From Botryllus schlosseri (taxonomy: Eukaryota): 64,000 nt of DNA. The first letter of the stretch is position 1. Each line of letters starts with the position of its first letter. The notes under the pieces were generated by a model. It was not told the origin of the DNA, did no database searches, and saw only the letters and a list, made by a program, of their open reading frames with translations. The DNA is taken from the NCBI GenBank assembly GCA_051294905.1, contig CM119372.1, forward strand, positions 12,402,001-12,466,000, in the 5' to 3' direction. Shown here in pieces: positions 1 through 13,150 of this stretch. The position numbers and the translations under genes were made by a program.

Positions 1-112
1 TAGCTAGGGCGATTTTTGTACCTATAATTTGAAAGATTCTGACCTAAAAAAATCACAATTTTGACATTTTTTAACCTTGAAAAAACTTAATTTTGACCAA
101 ATTTTGACCTCA

Positions 113-446
113 TGTTTGTTTGTTTGTTTTGTGGTATTCATGGTGTTTGTCGACTACCAGGCCGATATTCTTCATAATTTTCCGCAACTGCACCGTATAG
201 CTAGCACGGCCCACCTCTAGGCATTTTGTAAGACACCGCTTACGCGGCTGAGGTGGCGAGGAGCCTAGGTGAACCTCCAACGCTTCGTAAGACACCGCTT
301 ACGCGGATGAGGGGGCTAAGAGTAAGTAAAGGAGTAAGTAAACCTCCAACACCTAGGTATCGGAATTATGAAGTCGACCTCGGTCGGAATCGAACCCGCA
401 CCCATTATTGTTGCAGCCGCGGATTATACCACTGCGCTATCTCGCC
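113..446 (-). mobile_element. tRNA-derived SINE
   Basis: Minus strand begins GGCGAGATAGCGCAGTGG (A box) ... GGTTCGATTCC (B box) and ends in a (CAAA)n tail at ~113-130. It is absent from the sister copy of the host element at 26518-27389. Confidence 0.8.
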
Positions 447-842
447 ACGCATGGAAATTAGGTGTTTCCCACATAATGTTAGAATTGTACTAGGCTACTT
501 ATCTTCATTTCTGGTTGGAACTGTCTGTCCTTACGAAGTAGCTTGACCTGAAAAAAGTTTTATGACTTGAAAACTGACAAATGCTTACATGAAAAAACAA
601 ACATTATTTTAACGGAATCTGGACCTATGCATTATGGTAGAAATAATTAAGATTTGTTGTAGCACAACAAAAGATACTTTCCTACATTCTCGGGTAGAAA
701 GTGTTTGTCCTTACTAAGTAGCTTGCCAAGAATGGAGAAAGAACGTTCAACAGCAGCAGTTGTTGGCTACAAAAACTGAAGTTGTGCGCATACACTGCTG
801 GTGACACACCGCGTTGTTTCATTCCTACAATGTTGTCTACAT

Positions 843-2984
843 CAGTGGTTCTCAACCGCCGGTCCGCGACGACTTTCCAGCCGGTCAGCGAGGTATTTTG
901 CAATTTTATAACAAAATTTCAGGATGCAATATGTTGAAGGCTTGTCCATTGATAAAATAAAACAAATATCAAATTTTAATCTCATTCATAATGTCGTGAA
1001 GTAACATTTTAGGTCTGGGAGCATTGGAGCATGTTCGATTTGACTTGAAGTTCCACCCGTGTCAGTTGACGAAATATGAGCAGCAATGACTTATACGAGC
1101 TGACTCACTAATCCGCGCAGTTGGCGCGATCATTCGTTTTCGATTCATTCCTTTTGTGGAGGGACGCTCCATCGCATAATGAAGTTCAGGCTAACATAGG
1201 AATCCGTAAAGTGTGCGATAAACTCGCCGGTGAGATAACCTTGACCGAAAAAGACTGCCCTTTATTGACCGATAAGTTCGAGAGATATATGTATAATTGT
1301 CCATAGGCCCCATAATTTAGTTTAGGCCCCTTTGGTTTAGTACGCTTGGGTGATTTCAATATCTAGTCACAATATAACAGACAGTAGGTGACGAAATATT
1401 GACATGTAATGAAGTAATTAGTCCAACAGGCCCACCCGAATATGTTTAATTATTATCTATTAAGTGCCCTAAATTTTCCTACACGACACCTCAATCAACT
1501 CTACCGGAAAATCTGATAATTCTGATAGTGTACAAATTTGCAGCAATATATATGCAATTAACAATTTTATTGACCGATTCAGTCATGAATTACCTATAGA
1601 AAACTATCAGCCTATACTCAGTAGATTGAATGCGTTTGCAAGTCCTGGCGAAAACAACCAACTGTGGGGTCTGGTGGCGATGCCCCCTAGCTAAAGGTTT
1701 GGTGTATCGCTTTGTTGGGCCCAAGACTACCGTTTTTGGGCAATTAGGCTGACGATCAGCCCTGATTTTGTGGATGGCCACTGGCCAGGTATAGCTGTAG
1801 TCAGGTGTTTTCGTGCGGCGCATTGCATTCATAGTAGGGATCGTATGAACTTGTGATAGGTTCAGGTTCGTGTGAACGCGAATCTTTTGGAAAAGTTCTG
1901 TGTGAACGCGATCGTGTACCTATGACGTTACGCGACGTCAAATTGCAAATTCCGACCTACCTAACATATTTCAGTGAAGTGATATATTAATGTACAGCGA
2001 CGACTGAGGCCACATTATGCCACAATGCTGAAGTACGGGCTGACTTTTTTAAAGTCACCAAATGTATCATCTGGAACAATCAATTGATATAAATCCCTTA
2101 AAATCAATATCATCCGTCGCTTTGCCAACAAATTCGAAGAGGTCTTGCAAGGGAATACAAGCTTACACATTAACGATCTGTGCCAGACCGGACAATGTCT
2201 GACACGTCTGACTATTGATATACCGATATGGAGCTAAGTGTAAAACGGGATTGTATACTTGCTTCTGATATTACTCCAGTAACACGTTATACAGTAGCCA
2301 ACACCCCGATCACACGGATTTGGTTTTTACGATACGATAAACATATAAAATGCTGATCGATCGTTCGATCCCATACGCCTGTTAGATTTTTTACAGTAGA
2401 CAGTGATATATTCTTCATACCAACTTCATTGATTGGTGGAATAAGAGGGCTGATTTGCTGACTACCTACATGTAGCGTATTTCCATCTTGATGTTGTGTG
2501 ACTGAGGGTCATGCTGGAAGTAGAGAATCACTAAGTATTCACAAACGGAAGGCTGGATATTTCGAGCAAACTATTGTATCAAAGCAAGTGAAATATTTGA
2601 GATTGACAAGGTGCATGCTCGATTATAGTTGATTTTTTTTATATTGCCAGCGTCATGCATAGTGGCCCTAAGTTGAAAAGCAAATAATTTGAACCAATGA
2701 TGTTATGTGAAAAATTGTAATATATTAAAAAGGTTCACAGCCCAGAACCTACGAAGGTTCCTTTGTGAACGTCACCCCACTAATCAGGTGGCTACCATCA
2801 TGAACATCTTTATTTACGATCAAACCCCTCAAATGTCATTCTCTAGCATCATATCTGGCATAAAACAGTTGCATAGGCCTACTACACGTTTTGAGTTGAT
2901 TTCGATTTTTGAAAGTTCACCGGTCCGCCGCATATTTTTTGAAATTTTACCGGTCCGCGAGGTGAAAAAGGTTGAGAACCACTG
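843..2984. mobile_element. Non-autonomous hAT (Charlie/Buster-type) element
   Basis: TIR CAGTGGTTCTCAACC / GGTTGAGAACCACTG, perfect 8-bp TSD GTCTACAT (835-842, 2985-2992), subterminal CCGGTCCGCGA at both ends. Confidence 0.92.
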
Positions 2985-4729
2985 GTCTACATCACAATTT
3001 TTCATCATGCGCTTCTTGATATAAGAACCAATGCCCACGCAGTTTTGCTTCAGTTCGGATATTGCAGCACGTTCAGCATAACACCATGTCAACCTATTTG
3101 TTTCATTTGACCGTTTATGATTCACAATAAGCAGATAGTGCCGTCTACAACGGTAGGCCTATAAAGTAGGCTAAAAGCTGTCAAATGTCTTATGATAAGC
3201 TCACCGACAATTAAATGCAAACATTTTCGATACAAACGAAATGCAGGTGGCAAAAACATTTGACTTTGTGAACTATTTTGACAATTTTTTGATCTAATGC
3301 TACAATTTTGACTTATTTTGACATGTCACGAAATCGCCCTATAGTTATGACCTATTTTGTCAACTTTCGTGTGATATGCAGAATGAGCCGTCTTTACGTG
3401 TATTTTTGGCAGTGTTAATTAAGTATATCTCACAGGACGTTCTAACATTTTCGCCCCCCAGTCGCCCCCTTTGGCATTTTCACCCCCTCGTTTCTCAAAA
3501 TCGCCCCTGACCACGTTGGGAACCAATGTCTAGATATTCTAAATATCGCTGATGAGAACTGTCCTTGGAAACGGGATATAAGGTATACCTGCGGAAAAGG
3601 GCTTTCTTATTCAACCTATACCGGGCGATCAGCATTATGATCATATTTTGTCCCAAATTTCCCTCTTATTGTAACTTGAAGAAAGTGTCCTCTTTTTTGG
3701 ATCTTGAAATATGGTTATCCTATAGTAAATTATTAGCAGATTCTTGACAAATCATTTCACACTCCCGCGACCTGTCAACAAATACACCATTATATCGATA
3801 ACTATCAGTGGCGGCTCGTGACAATATCGGGTGGTGGGGCAAGGGCCGCAAGCGACTTGTTATCAATATGACGTCACAGTAGCGTTTTTCAACGTTCATG
3901 ATGGCCACATGAATTTCCCGTAAACAATGATTTTTAACGTAGGTGCCGCGAGAGGTTTGCCGGTGGCGTGACTTGAAGTGCGGTAACAAATGTTTTATTC
4001 ATTGTTTTTTATTCAAATGATTATTTCACAAAATGTACGCGAACTAAGAATCGTTCCCATGCCACGAATCAATCATCAGGTTATCCTTAGTAGCATGCGT
4101 TATGATTTCGTGGTAGAGATTGCGCAAGCGCCGAGTAAGACTATACCAAAAATACACAGACCAACTACCTACGAAGAGCATTCGCATGACACCTTGTGGT
4201 GTTTTAATAGTTCCATGCTCAGCAATTCTGTAAAGTGCTGCAGCGCCTCCGACCCGATTTGTATATGGATTCTCGTCCCGAAAGCGAGTCAAATCGATTT
4301 GCCCTCGTCCGAAAGTGTTTGGTACACGATCCTGATGCGTTACGACCAGGGGATAGGCAATCAAAGCGGTGGCACCCATAAACGTAAAACATTATAAAAA
4401 GCCAGCTGTTATCCATGGAAGATTAATTACGAGTCTGCCTGCCATCATTCAAGCAGGAATCAAAGCATTGTGTTAAATTGAAATGCGAGCACAAATCGCA
4501 ATAAACAATTTCATGAATAAATTATTTCATCTTGATGAATTTTTCACTTTTTTTCCATAGCCATAACAAAATATATCGGTAAATTAACTGTCAGTGTGCC
4601 TCGAGTAATAAGGATGAAAACCACTCACTTTTCCTTAGACATAGACATGGTTGAGTTACCTGGGCTCACTTGATTGAAATTATTCGGAAAGAACATGATG
4701 TGTACAGTCGTCCGCCCACCAGCATTAAT

Positions 4730-6754
4730 TTATGTCTTGTATAAGTATTGTGCGCGACGTGATTTCTTATTAGCAAAATGTTCAATAACGAGTTTATTGA
4801 AATCTGGAATTCCCAGAACCACGTCGTTGTGAATCGAGAGAACAGCCAACGCATTAAGCCTATCTTGGCCCATCCTGTTTCTGAGAAAGGTCTTGATACG
4901 TTTCAATGTGCTAAAACTGCGCTCGGATTCCGCGGATGAAATCGGGGTGGTCAAAATGATATTCAGAAAGCTAGTTACTGTAGCAAAGTTGATCGAAAGC
5001 GAATTTTCAACTAGGAATTTTGAAAGTTCACTAGTGGTTTTAATTTCCGAAAAGGATGTGTTAGAATACAAACAAGTCAACTCGCTCTCCAACCGAGCAA
5101 TGTCGATCATCGGGTAATAACGAGGCACGCTGCGCAGTAGTCCAGAAGGAAAATGAATTTTGTAGGCAGGGAAATTTCTCGGATTTAACAGGGCGAAAGT
5201 AACCAACTGGTCACTATTCAGACGATGTTGGATTTGGGACATCAGTATATCGCAACATTCGTAAGCCACAACAAGCAGGTTTTGCACACTTATCCCACGA
5301 CGTAAAAGCGCTGTGTCACCAGCGAAGTGTACATTCGCCCGGATATGCGAAATTGCCTCACAAAAATGTGCATGAAGATGTCACAAAAAAGCTTCAAAAA
5401 GAACAAAAATTCTTCGTCTTCCAGGAGTCGTTTAAGCCCCGCCGCTTCACGTATGGAAGTATCATCCCAGACAGGAGAGCTCTCAATCACTGAGAAGCAT
5501 TCCAGAAGCTCCACCCTACTCTCTGACACTCGTTGCACAACTCTAGATTGGAAGTTCCACCGTGTTGATACGCATCTAGGTAACCGGTGCTTGCATATGT
5601 CGCGCAATAGATCAGATCGCTTTGGCGAAATAGAGAAAAAGGAGGAGAACCCTGAAAGATTTGCAAAGAATATCTTGACAGAAGATATTCCTAAGCACAT
5701 TTTTTTCACTACAAGATTGAGCTGATGCGCGTAGCAATGCAAAAAATGCGCATGCGGGTAAACTTCTTTCATTAAAACTTGTACGCTATGTCGCGATCCG
5801 CTCATGACTGCTGCGCCGTCGTAGGTTTGCGCAATAAGTTTCGACTCAACTGAATAGGGCTGTAATGTTTTTTTTTAATACGTAAGAAATTCCGACAGCA
5901 GTGCGATCGTCAACAGCCACAAAGCTGTGGAATCGTTCCACTGGCATACCAAATTTCGTGAACCGAAAAATCACGACTAGTTGTGACAAACACGTAATGT
6001 CAGTTGTTTCGTCAGACTGAATAGATAGAAATTCAGCGTCAACAATCTCGGTAAACAAATGCTGTAGATAGATGTGATATATCGAATCAAGCACATCATT
6101 TTGAATAGTCTTTGAGGTACCCTTAGCTACTGTCGCGGTGTCGAGATGTTCGCGCAAAATGCTATCAATGGAAGCCGTGTATTTAATTAGATCCAAAAAT
6201 ACCCCCCTATTGAGAGAGCATTCCTTCTCATCGTGGCCTCGAAGGGGCAGTTCATGAACTCCAATAAATTTAATGGCATCAATCACCCGAGAGAGAACAT
6301 GCCTATTCTTATCTACAAGCTCATTGTGCTTGCAGACTGATACGCAATAACTTTCATTGAGCTGCGACATTACATTTACTCTGCCAAACAATTTATATTT
6401 AACTGCACTAGCCATGTGCACTTGGGATTTTTGGTGCGTTTTCAGACGCTCTGACAAATGCTTCAGATCGCGATAACCAATTTTGTTCCAACAAGAGCCA
6501 CTGCTTCCGGTACCGGCACTGTCGAATAAAAGACAGTAAAAGCAAAACAAGGCGTTTTTATCCTCGCCATAAGTAAGCCATTCATTTTTATCGAAATGCG
6601 CTGAAGAAAAGGCACGAGTGCGCTTTCCTCCGGCGTACGATTGGATCAATGGGCAATTTCTAGGCTGATACGGACCTAGTCGCTTTACCTCTAATTTTTG
6701 CTCTAAAGGCAGCTGGCTAAACGGCGTACGGAGCAAAGATTCAACACGATTCAT
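4730..6754 (-). pseudogene. hAT transposase, ZMYM1-like/DUF4371 type, split into three reading frames
   Basis: TTF-type Zn finger (WL...FCFYCLLF...HQKSQVH), DUF4371 motif LPLRGHDE...NRGVF, catalytic SIQSDETTD, QTYDGAAVMSG, HCYAH, TRW, and dimerisation domain ESERSFSTLKRIKTFLR. Frameshift at the mononucleotide run ~5867-5876 and a second lesion near 5290-5360. Confidence 0.93.
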
Positions 6755-6969
6755 GTTCGCACTTGACCTGACTACTTATCTGCAGAAATGGAAATGACTA
6801 TAAATCGAGAGATTGCGTATGCCTAACTGGAAAGGTCAACGAGTTCGGACACATACGCAATTGTTATCTCATAGATTGGACAAGGAAATGTCATATTGAA
6901 TCCAAAACATCATTCTGAAGAACTACGGATAGCAGCCTCGGAAATTCGGTCCCGGTACAGCTTGGGAGA

Positions 6970-7977
6970 TTCTGGCCTTGAGGCTGGAGACTGTCACACG
7001 ACACATACGGCTTACGGTCTATAGTGTCTATATGTCTGCTGCAAAATCGCCTTCGGAAAATATATTACCGAATAAATACGTGGATGAAAGCCGAAAACTT
7101 GGTACACTGTTACATGAAATCATCGAGAAGTATAGCCTCATGACCGTTTTCGGTATGGTACACTGTCAAAATTAATACGAACAGATCAACGCCGAATTTT
7201 GCGTAATATTTACTGAGGAATCGGCTGATCAAGCGATCAGCTGTTAGCCGCCATCGAAAACGAAACAGCTATCGCGCTTGACAGGGGTTGTAATTGTGAG
7301 CAAATGGCCCGAAGGCCACCATTCCACGGTGAAATTGACATTATAGAATATAAAATAAAACTAAATATTTGAATGCAAACCGAGGATGTTAGTAAACTGT
7401 TTCATGATATCATCATCTCATCACCTATCTCAGTATGGAACACAGATACACCGGCTTTTGCGTGAAATCCGCAATGCGTTAGGTAGGCTAAGTGTCAGAT
7501 CAGCGCACATCTCTACCATACTCGAACTTAATAACGAAATTGCTGCCCTAATCATTGAGTGTCAACCTTGAGACTTGGCACAGCGTTCGATACTAAAATC
7601 AAGACATACCATGTAAAAGTTCATGACGGATCTAGCTAAGGAGCATCGTTAAAATCAATGGAGACCAATACCGGCTTTGCGTGAAATATGTTTGCGATAC
7701 ATGACCGATCAGCACACACTCGACTTTGGAAACGGAATTACTACCCTAAACTTTGAGTAGAAACCCTGAAACTTAGGACAGTGTTAAATACCACCATCAC
7801 GACATGACATACCAAGTTTCAAGAATTATCATGGTGTGAAACACCATCAAAATCGACCTGTACCAGCAACGGTCGACTCAACGCATATCACGGTATCCGA
7901 GTTCAGATATAGATACGATTGTTACATCACACCTTAGGGGCCAGCAAGCATATTTGCCCCGGTTGCTCGGCCATTTT
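6970..7977 (+). mobile_element. Possible Helentron-derived (HINE-like) insert inside the hAT element
   Basis: Short subterminal inverted match CTGGCCTTGAGG (~6973) vs CCTTAGGGGCCAG (~7932), internal ~200-bp degenerate direct repeats (~7445-7630, ~7665-7830), ends in TTTT, no TSD. Confidence 0.35.
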
Positions 7978-8646
7978 ACGAATAGGAGAGAGTAAAGCAT
8001 CGTTTCTTAATTGTGCGCAGCTTTGAGAGAATAGATAGTGAAAGCTTGTTATGAGCGCTACCGGGGCAAGCCCCGGCTAGGCATTCACAAAGCGAAAACA
8101 CAGAAGAGAATTCGATTTTCGCGGAGACTTCGCTATGTATGGGCATTTGCAAGCGAAAGCACAAGAAGAACGCGGGTTTCGCTGTGATCTCGATATACAT
8201 TGAGCGCTGTGCGTCTATAAATGGTTAAATTGTTATTGAACAGAATTTTAGGTGGGGCAATGCCCCAGTTGCCCTATAGGACGAGCCGCCACTGATAACT
8301 ATACATAAGAAATCAAGAAAATAGCGGGGAAAAGACTCGCCATGCATAGGGGTTGAACCCTCATACGGTGCCCCAAACCAACGTTTTTGGGGGAGTGACG
8401 AAGTGCTGTTTCGGTCCTGCTACGACCAAATGCGACCAGCAGTGATATCCTATATCTAATCCAGAAGTCGCTAAAACGGAAAACGCAAATCGGATCGTGG
8501 GACACTTTTCAAATTTTGTAGTGGCCGCGGACCGCAAGAACGAAATATCGAGATAAAATAGGCCATAAGTTCAGTTTAATAACCACGGTTTTAAAACTTC
8601 ACCTCAGTACAACGTTGTGCTCTCTAACATGGACGACGGTCATATA

Positions 8647-10520
8647 CAGAGGTGGTCAGTAACGAAGTACTTCTACTTTTTGGAAGTACTCAAGTAGTTT
8701 TCCTCTACTTCTGGTACTTACTCAAGTGGATCTGATTTTCGCTACTTCTACTTCTACTTTGTAATATTTTGTGATCTACTTACTTACTTTTCGCTATTTT
8801 TAGTTTGTTAAGTAGAAGTAGTTTAATCCCCCGATACGAAAGATAGCCTGAGAAATTTCGAGGCTGTTTTCACGGAGTATCATCATTCATCATCATCATT
8901 GGTTTATTAGCAATTTTATCAGTTCAATACACCACAAAAAATGCGATACAATGAAAAGACAGGGAGATGTCGAAGCGACAAGGAGTAGTCTATGGAATCT
9001 GACACCCACCTTGGCCTAGGCGATGTAAAGAGGAGGCATGCACACTGAATGAAAGTAAAGAAGATAGTATAGAAAAAGAATGCGACAAGAAATAGGGCGG
9101 CATGTCATGGGAAGCGAGATCGATAGGTCAGTCGTGGTCCGGTAATCTTGAGGATGGACTGTATTTATTTAGTAGTAATTGCTTGTATTTCGACTTGAAT
9201 GTGGACATGCTCGTCGACTGTCGGATGGCCGGCGGGATACTGTTCCACACATCAGGTCCGGCATATTTGATGGAGCGATGATCTTTTCGGTCGATCATAT
9301 GATATTTGGACGACGTGGACGCGCGTGTGTTGTACTTGTGCGCTTTTGATTCAGAGGTAAAGAAGTCATTGAAATATTCGGGGCAACGACCGCAGTGACA
9401 CTGATACACAAACTTGGCGATTTCTGGTTTCCGCATATCTTCTATGTTTAGGACGCCAAATCTCTTCAGCAGCGACTTATTGGATGGGCAGCAGTACCAA
9501 CATTTAATGTTCATAAAAGTCAAGTATATAACGCCCAGAAATTTTGTTGCGCTTCGCGCACAGTAGTTATGGAGTGGCAAATATGTTTTCACGAAAGTAT
9601 ATCAGTGAATATAATTTAGGTACCGGATTGCTTGGTTCCGCTCACACCGCATTGTCGCCCATGGCCCACCCTAACGTTTGAAACTACCGTTTCGCAATCT
9701 AGCAATTACCTATCATATCGTAATCTAGCAGCCCATGACGTGTCCTGCTAATCTGGAAAATCCGGCTTTTTTTAACGTTACGCACCCGTTTTAGCAGATC
9801 ACATTTGAAGGTGTATGGACAAAAGACATGAAATTTATTTTCCGCTTTTTAGATGTGGTATATGTATTTCACTTTCAATTCCGCGTATCATACTTTGAGG
9901 TCTAATCACTTTCAGTTCTTTTATCTGCAGAACATATACATGTTGAAGCGTAAAAGCAAGTGTAGTAATGTATGTATTTTCCGAAAACAAAGCCACACTA
10001 AATATAAATTTTACGATACCCAATATTTGTGATTAACATATACTAAACGCGCAAAGTGTTGAAACCGTATCCGATACAACTTCTCCATATTGCTCTTCGC
10101 TTAAACTTGGGGCCCTGGGGTAGGGCGCCGTGCCACGGTATTCTCTAAAACGGGCTCTTCTAGTAAACAAAGCGTTAGTATCGAATTTTCATATTAATAC
10201 TATAGTTTGCATCCCATGATGCGAAAGAATGCATATTCTGTCGAAAATTGATACCTCCTGGGATGCATCAATACGAATCAAGCTCTCTGCACCTTCGGCA
10301 TATAGCTCCGCAGCCTGATAGTCCATGTTAACGAATTAGGACTGTTTTCAAAACTACTTACTTACTTGAGTAGATTTAAAGTCAGTAAATTATACTTCTA
10401 CTTCAAGTAGTTTTAGGTGGCTTTTGGAAAAAGTACTTCTACTTGTACGTGAGTAGATTTTTTTCGTCGCTACTTCTACTTCTACTTGAGCAGCTTTCTT
10501 GACTACTTTGACCACCTCTG
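8647..10520. mobile_element. Non-autonomous hAT-like element (CAGAGGTGGTCA family, rich in AAGTA/TACTT motifs)
   Basis: TIR CAGAGGTGGTCA / TGACCACCTCTG, perfect TSD GTCATATA (8639-8646, 10521-10528), contains a LINE fragment. Confidence 0.92.
8879..9478 (-). mobile_element. 5'-truncated CR1-group (L2/Crack-like) LINE, 3' end
   Basis: ORF2 C-terminus (HKYNTR...RSIKYAGPDVWNSIPPAIRQSTSMSTFKSKYKQLLL), 3' UTR, AATAAA and an (ATG)n tail. Near-identical copy at 53947-55609. Confidence 0.88.
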
Positions 10521-12245
10521 GTCATATATTACTTGAAAAGAAGTAATATTTTATCCAAGAAGTACAAATAGAATAAAAATATCATGATTATTACTTTCAG
10601 TTTATTTTTAGCCATGAGCTGCGCACATTAGCCTACCTGAAAATGCTATTCACCGACTATGCAATGGAGGTTATTGGGACACGGTGCTAGCTGACAGAAA
10701 ATCTCCTCCTAAAGCTTGCTACGTTGACGAAACCCTACGCCGTTTTCTAGCGTCTCGGACTTGGCGGTATCTGGACCATTGCACGTCAAGGCAATATGCC
10801 TTTGGAGCATCATGGAGCTCACCGGATTCACGCTGACGCATAATACCTTCGAATTTAATAACGACATTTTTTACAACTTCAAGGTACGGCAATGGGCACG
10901 AAATTCGCTCCTCAATATGCAAATATGTTCATGCATCATTTTGAATCAGATTTTATGGAAACCCAGAATTTGCGGCCAATGTTCTTCACCAGATATATCG
11001 ATGATATATTTATTATATGGACCCACGGAGAAGAATCACTAAAAAAGTTTCACGAGTCCATAAACGGCTTATACATCCAAATATCCGACTGACTATGGAA
11101 CACTCGACGAACGCAGTCCCATTCCTCGATACACTCGTCAATATCGAAGAGAGTTATACTACCACATCACTATATCGTAAACCAACGGACTCCGATAAAA
11201 TATTGAACTATCACAGCTCTCATCCGATGCACTGTAAAAAGGGCATGATACAGCAAGGCTCTTCGAATACACCGTATTTGCTCAAAGAAAGACGACAGGG
11301 ATAATCATCTGAAAGTTCTAAGAGATGAACTAATAAATTCTGAATATGATCAAAATCTGATAAGATCCAAATTAACAAGGCCATCAACGTTCCACGAGAA
11401 GGACTTCTCCTTGGCAGCACTATAGTCGTGATGGAACAAAAGAACACAGAGTGCCGGAGGCTACCATATATTTTCCGGGGGCGGAAAAGATTCGTAAGAT
11501 GGGAATCACCAAAGAATTTTGGAAAATGATCCAAAATGTAAAGAGGCATTCACAAGGAGGCCAGTTCTAGCCATCCGACAGCCCCGAAACTGGCGAAGCA
11601 TTTTGGTAAAAAGCAGATTACCTCATGCAATAGAAAAAAAAAACGCTGCTGAAAATTGCGGACAAACTTCATGTAAGACGTGTCCGATTCTCGACACCAG
11701 CACCGTGATTACTAGAGCACAAACTAATCAAAGGACCAAAGGCCAGTACACATGCAAATCCGATCATGTGATAATATATTTAATTCGTTGCCGAAAAGGA
11801 TGTGATGATGCATGGTACATTGGGGAAACTGGCCAACCACTCCACGGGAGAGTAGATGGTCATCGACATGATATATATCTAAACGAAACAGGTCGAAGCC
11901 TGTCGGTGAGCACTTTTCTTCGGCGGGACACTCGGAAAATGATATGATTGTTAACGTGTTGGCCGACAACATCGAGGACTCGTCAACCCAGCGCAAGGCC
12001 ACTGAACAAAAATACATCGACCAATTCATTACGTTCCATCAAGGGCTTAATATATATCGAGGGTGCATGTCACATCACACCATGCGAAGCTGCGAGAAAT
12101 TCGGTGCATATGCATTTAATCATTGTATAGTGTGTATATACGCTATCAAACTTCATTTTCAGTGCCACTATAGAGGATGTAGAGGATGTACATCATCTAT
12201 AGTGCCACCAGCGTGTGCACGCTGGTGCCACAACTTGCTGTAGTC

Positions 12246-12962
12246 CAGGGCTGGCCAACCTTTTCAGCCAAAGGGCCACATTCGATCGACGAAATATTGC
12301 GTGGGCCACCAGCCGCGCGAAAATTTCCCGAAGTTCATAGCTCAATAATATTGTCACTTGACTATATTGCGGGCCTGCAGTATATCGCTGGGCTCAGTTT
12401 GCCAGGACTGAACTATTCAGCGCCCGGACATATCAATTTCGAAAGCTTCGACCAACATACGTCAATCATTTTGTGCCTAGGATTCATGGTCGACGGTCTT
12501 TCTGCGAGCGCAAACGCTAGGTCGCATATGTTGAACGACACTTTATCTCGGAATCGGGAATATAGTTACACTTAATCTGATACATTAGCCGTTCTTTCAT
12601 TTTCACAAAGGGGTAACAATATTAAAAGCAAGAAATCGAGTGACAACATGTTGCGCGAAGCGTGTAGAAAATATTTACTTTTGATAAATTTATCGCAAAT
12701 TATTCTGCTTTATTGTAGTGTTCGAAGATCTACCAAAGTGTGACTGGCTCATGGAAATGCCAATGCGTCGTATTTGATATTTTAGTCATCACATCTCACG
12801 TGTTGCTTCCAGACTAAACAAATTTTTGGTTGGTCTTGCAAGTTCACAATCTGTGCAATCCATTTTTTTTAACATTACCAGTTTCGGAAATTACCTCGCG
12901 GGCTACTCAAAACCTTCTTGCGGGCCATATGTGGCCCGCGGGCCACGGGTTGGCCGGTCCTG
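12246..12962 (+). mobile_element. hAT MITE (CAGGG...GGCCAAC family) inserted in the Penelope element
   Basis: TIR CAGGGCTGGCCAACC / GGTTGGCCGGTCCTG, TSD CTGTAGTC (12238-12245, 12963-12970). Sister copies at 28222-28914 and 43213-43917. Confidence 0.92.
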
Positions 12963-13110
12963 CTGTAGTCGTTTCAAATTACAATTTCGATTTTGATATC
13001 TATGACGTCATAAAGATACACACTTTTCGGACCTGAAACTTATCTTTTCTGTGATGTCACAATATGCGTATATGTTTGAATTCAGAATCGTTTTGCGTTA
13101 TTTTCACTTC

Positions 13111-13150
13111 AACACCTGACGAAGGAGCGGAGCTCCGAAAGCTCGCGTGA
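13111..13150 (+). ncRNA. Minimal type-I hammerhead ribozyme motif of the Penelope pLTR
   Basis: CTGACGA core, stem II GGAGC-GGA-GCTCC, GAAA, palindromic AGCT stem III, then UC cleavage site. Stem I is imperfect. AATAAA follows at 13153. Confidence 0.7.

Larger units (their letters stand above)
5..3341 (-). mobile_element. Non-autonomous hAT-like element (TAGGGC termini), host of nested insertions
   Basis: TIR TAGGGCGATTT (5-15) / AAATCGCCCTA (3331-3341). Removing the inserts at ~113-446 and 843-2984 leaves the reverse complement of the uninterrupted copy at 26518-27389. Confidence 0.85.
3806..8294 (-). mobile_element. hAT DNA transposon with frameshifted transposase
   Basis: 14-bp TIR CAGTGGCGGCTCGT / ACGAGCCGCCACTG, perfect 8-bp TSD ATAACTAT (3798-3805, 8295-8302), transposase remnants inside. 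Confidence 0.95.

Noticed and set aside
390..446. Functional tRNA gene
   Set aside because: Acceptor and anticodon stems do not close, and the sequence continues into a SINE body and tail.
4893..5725. Plus-strand ORFs 4893-5117 and 5327-5725
   Set aside because: Antisense shadows of the hAT transposase.
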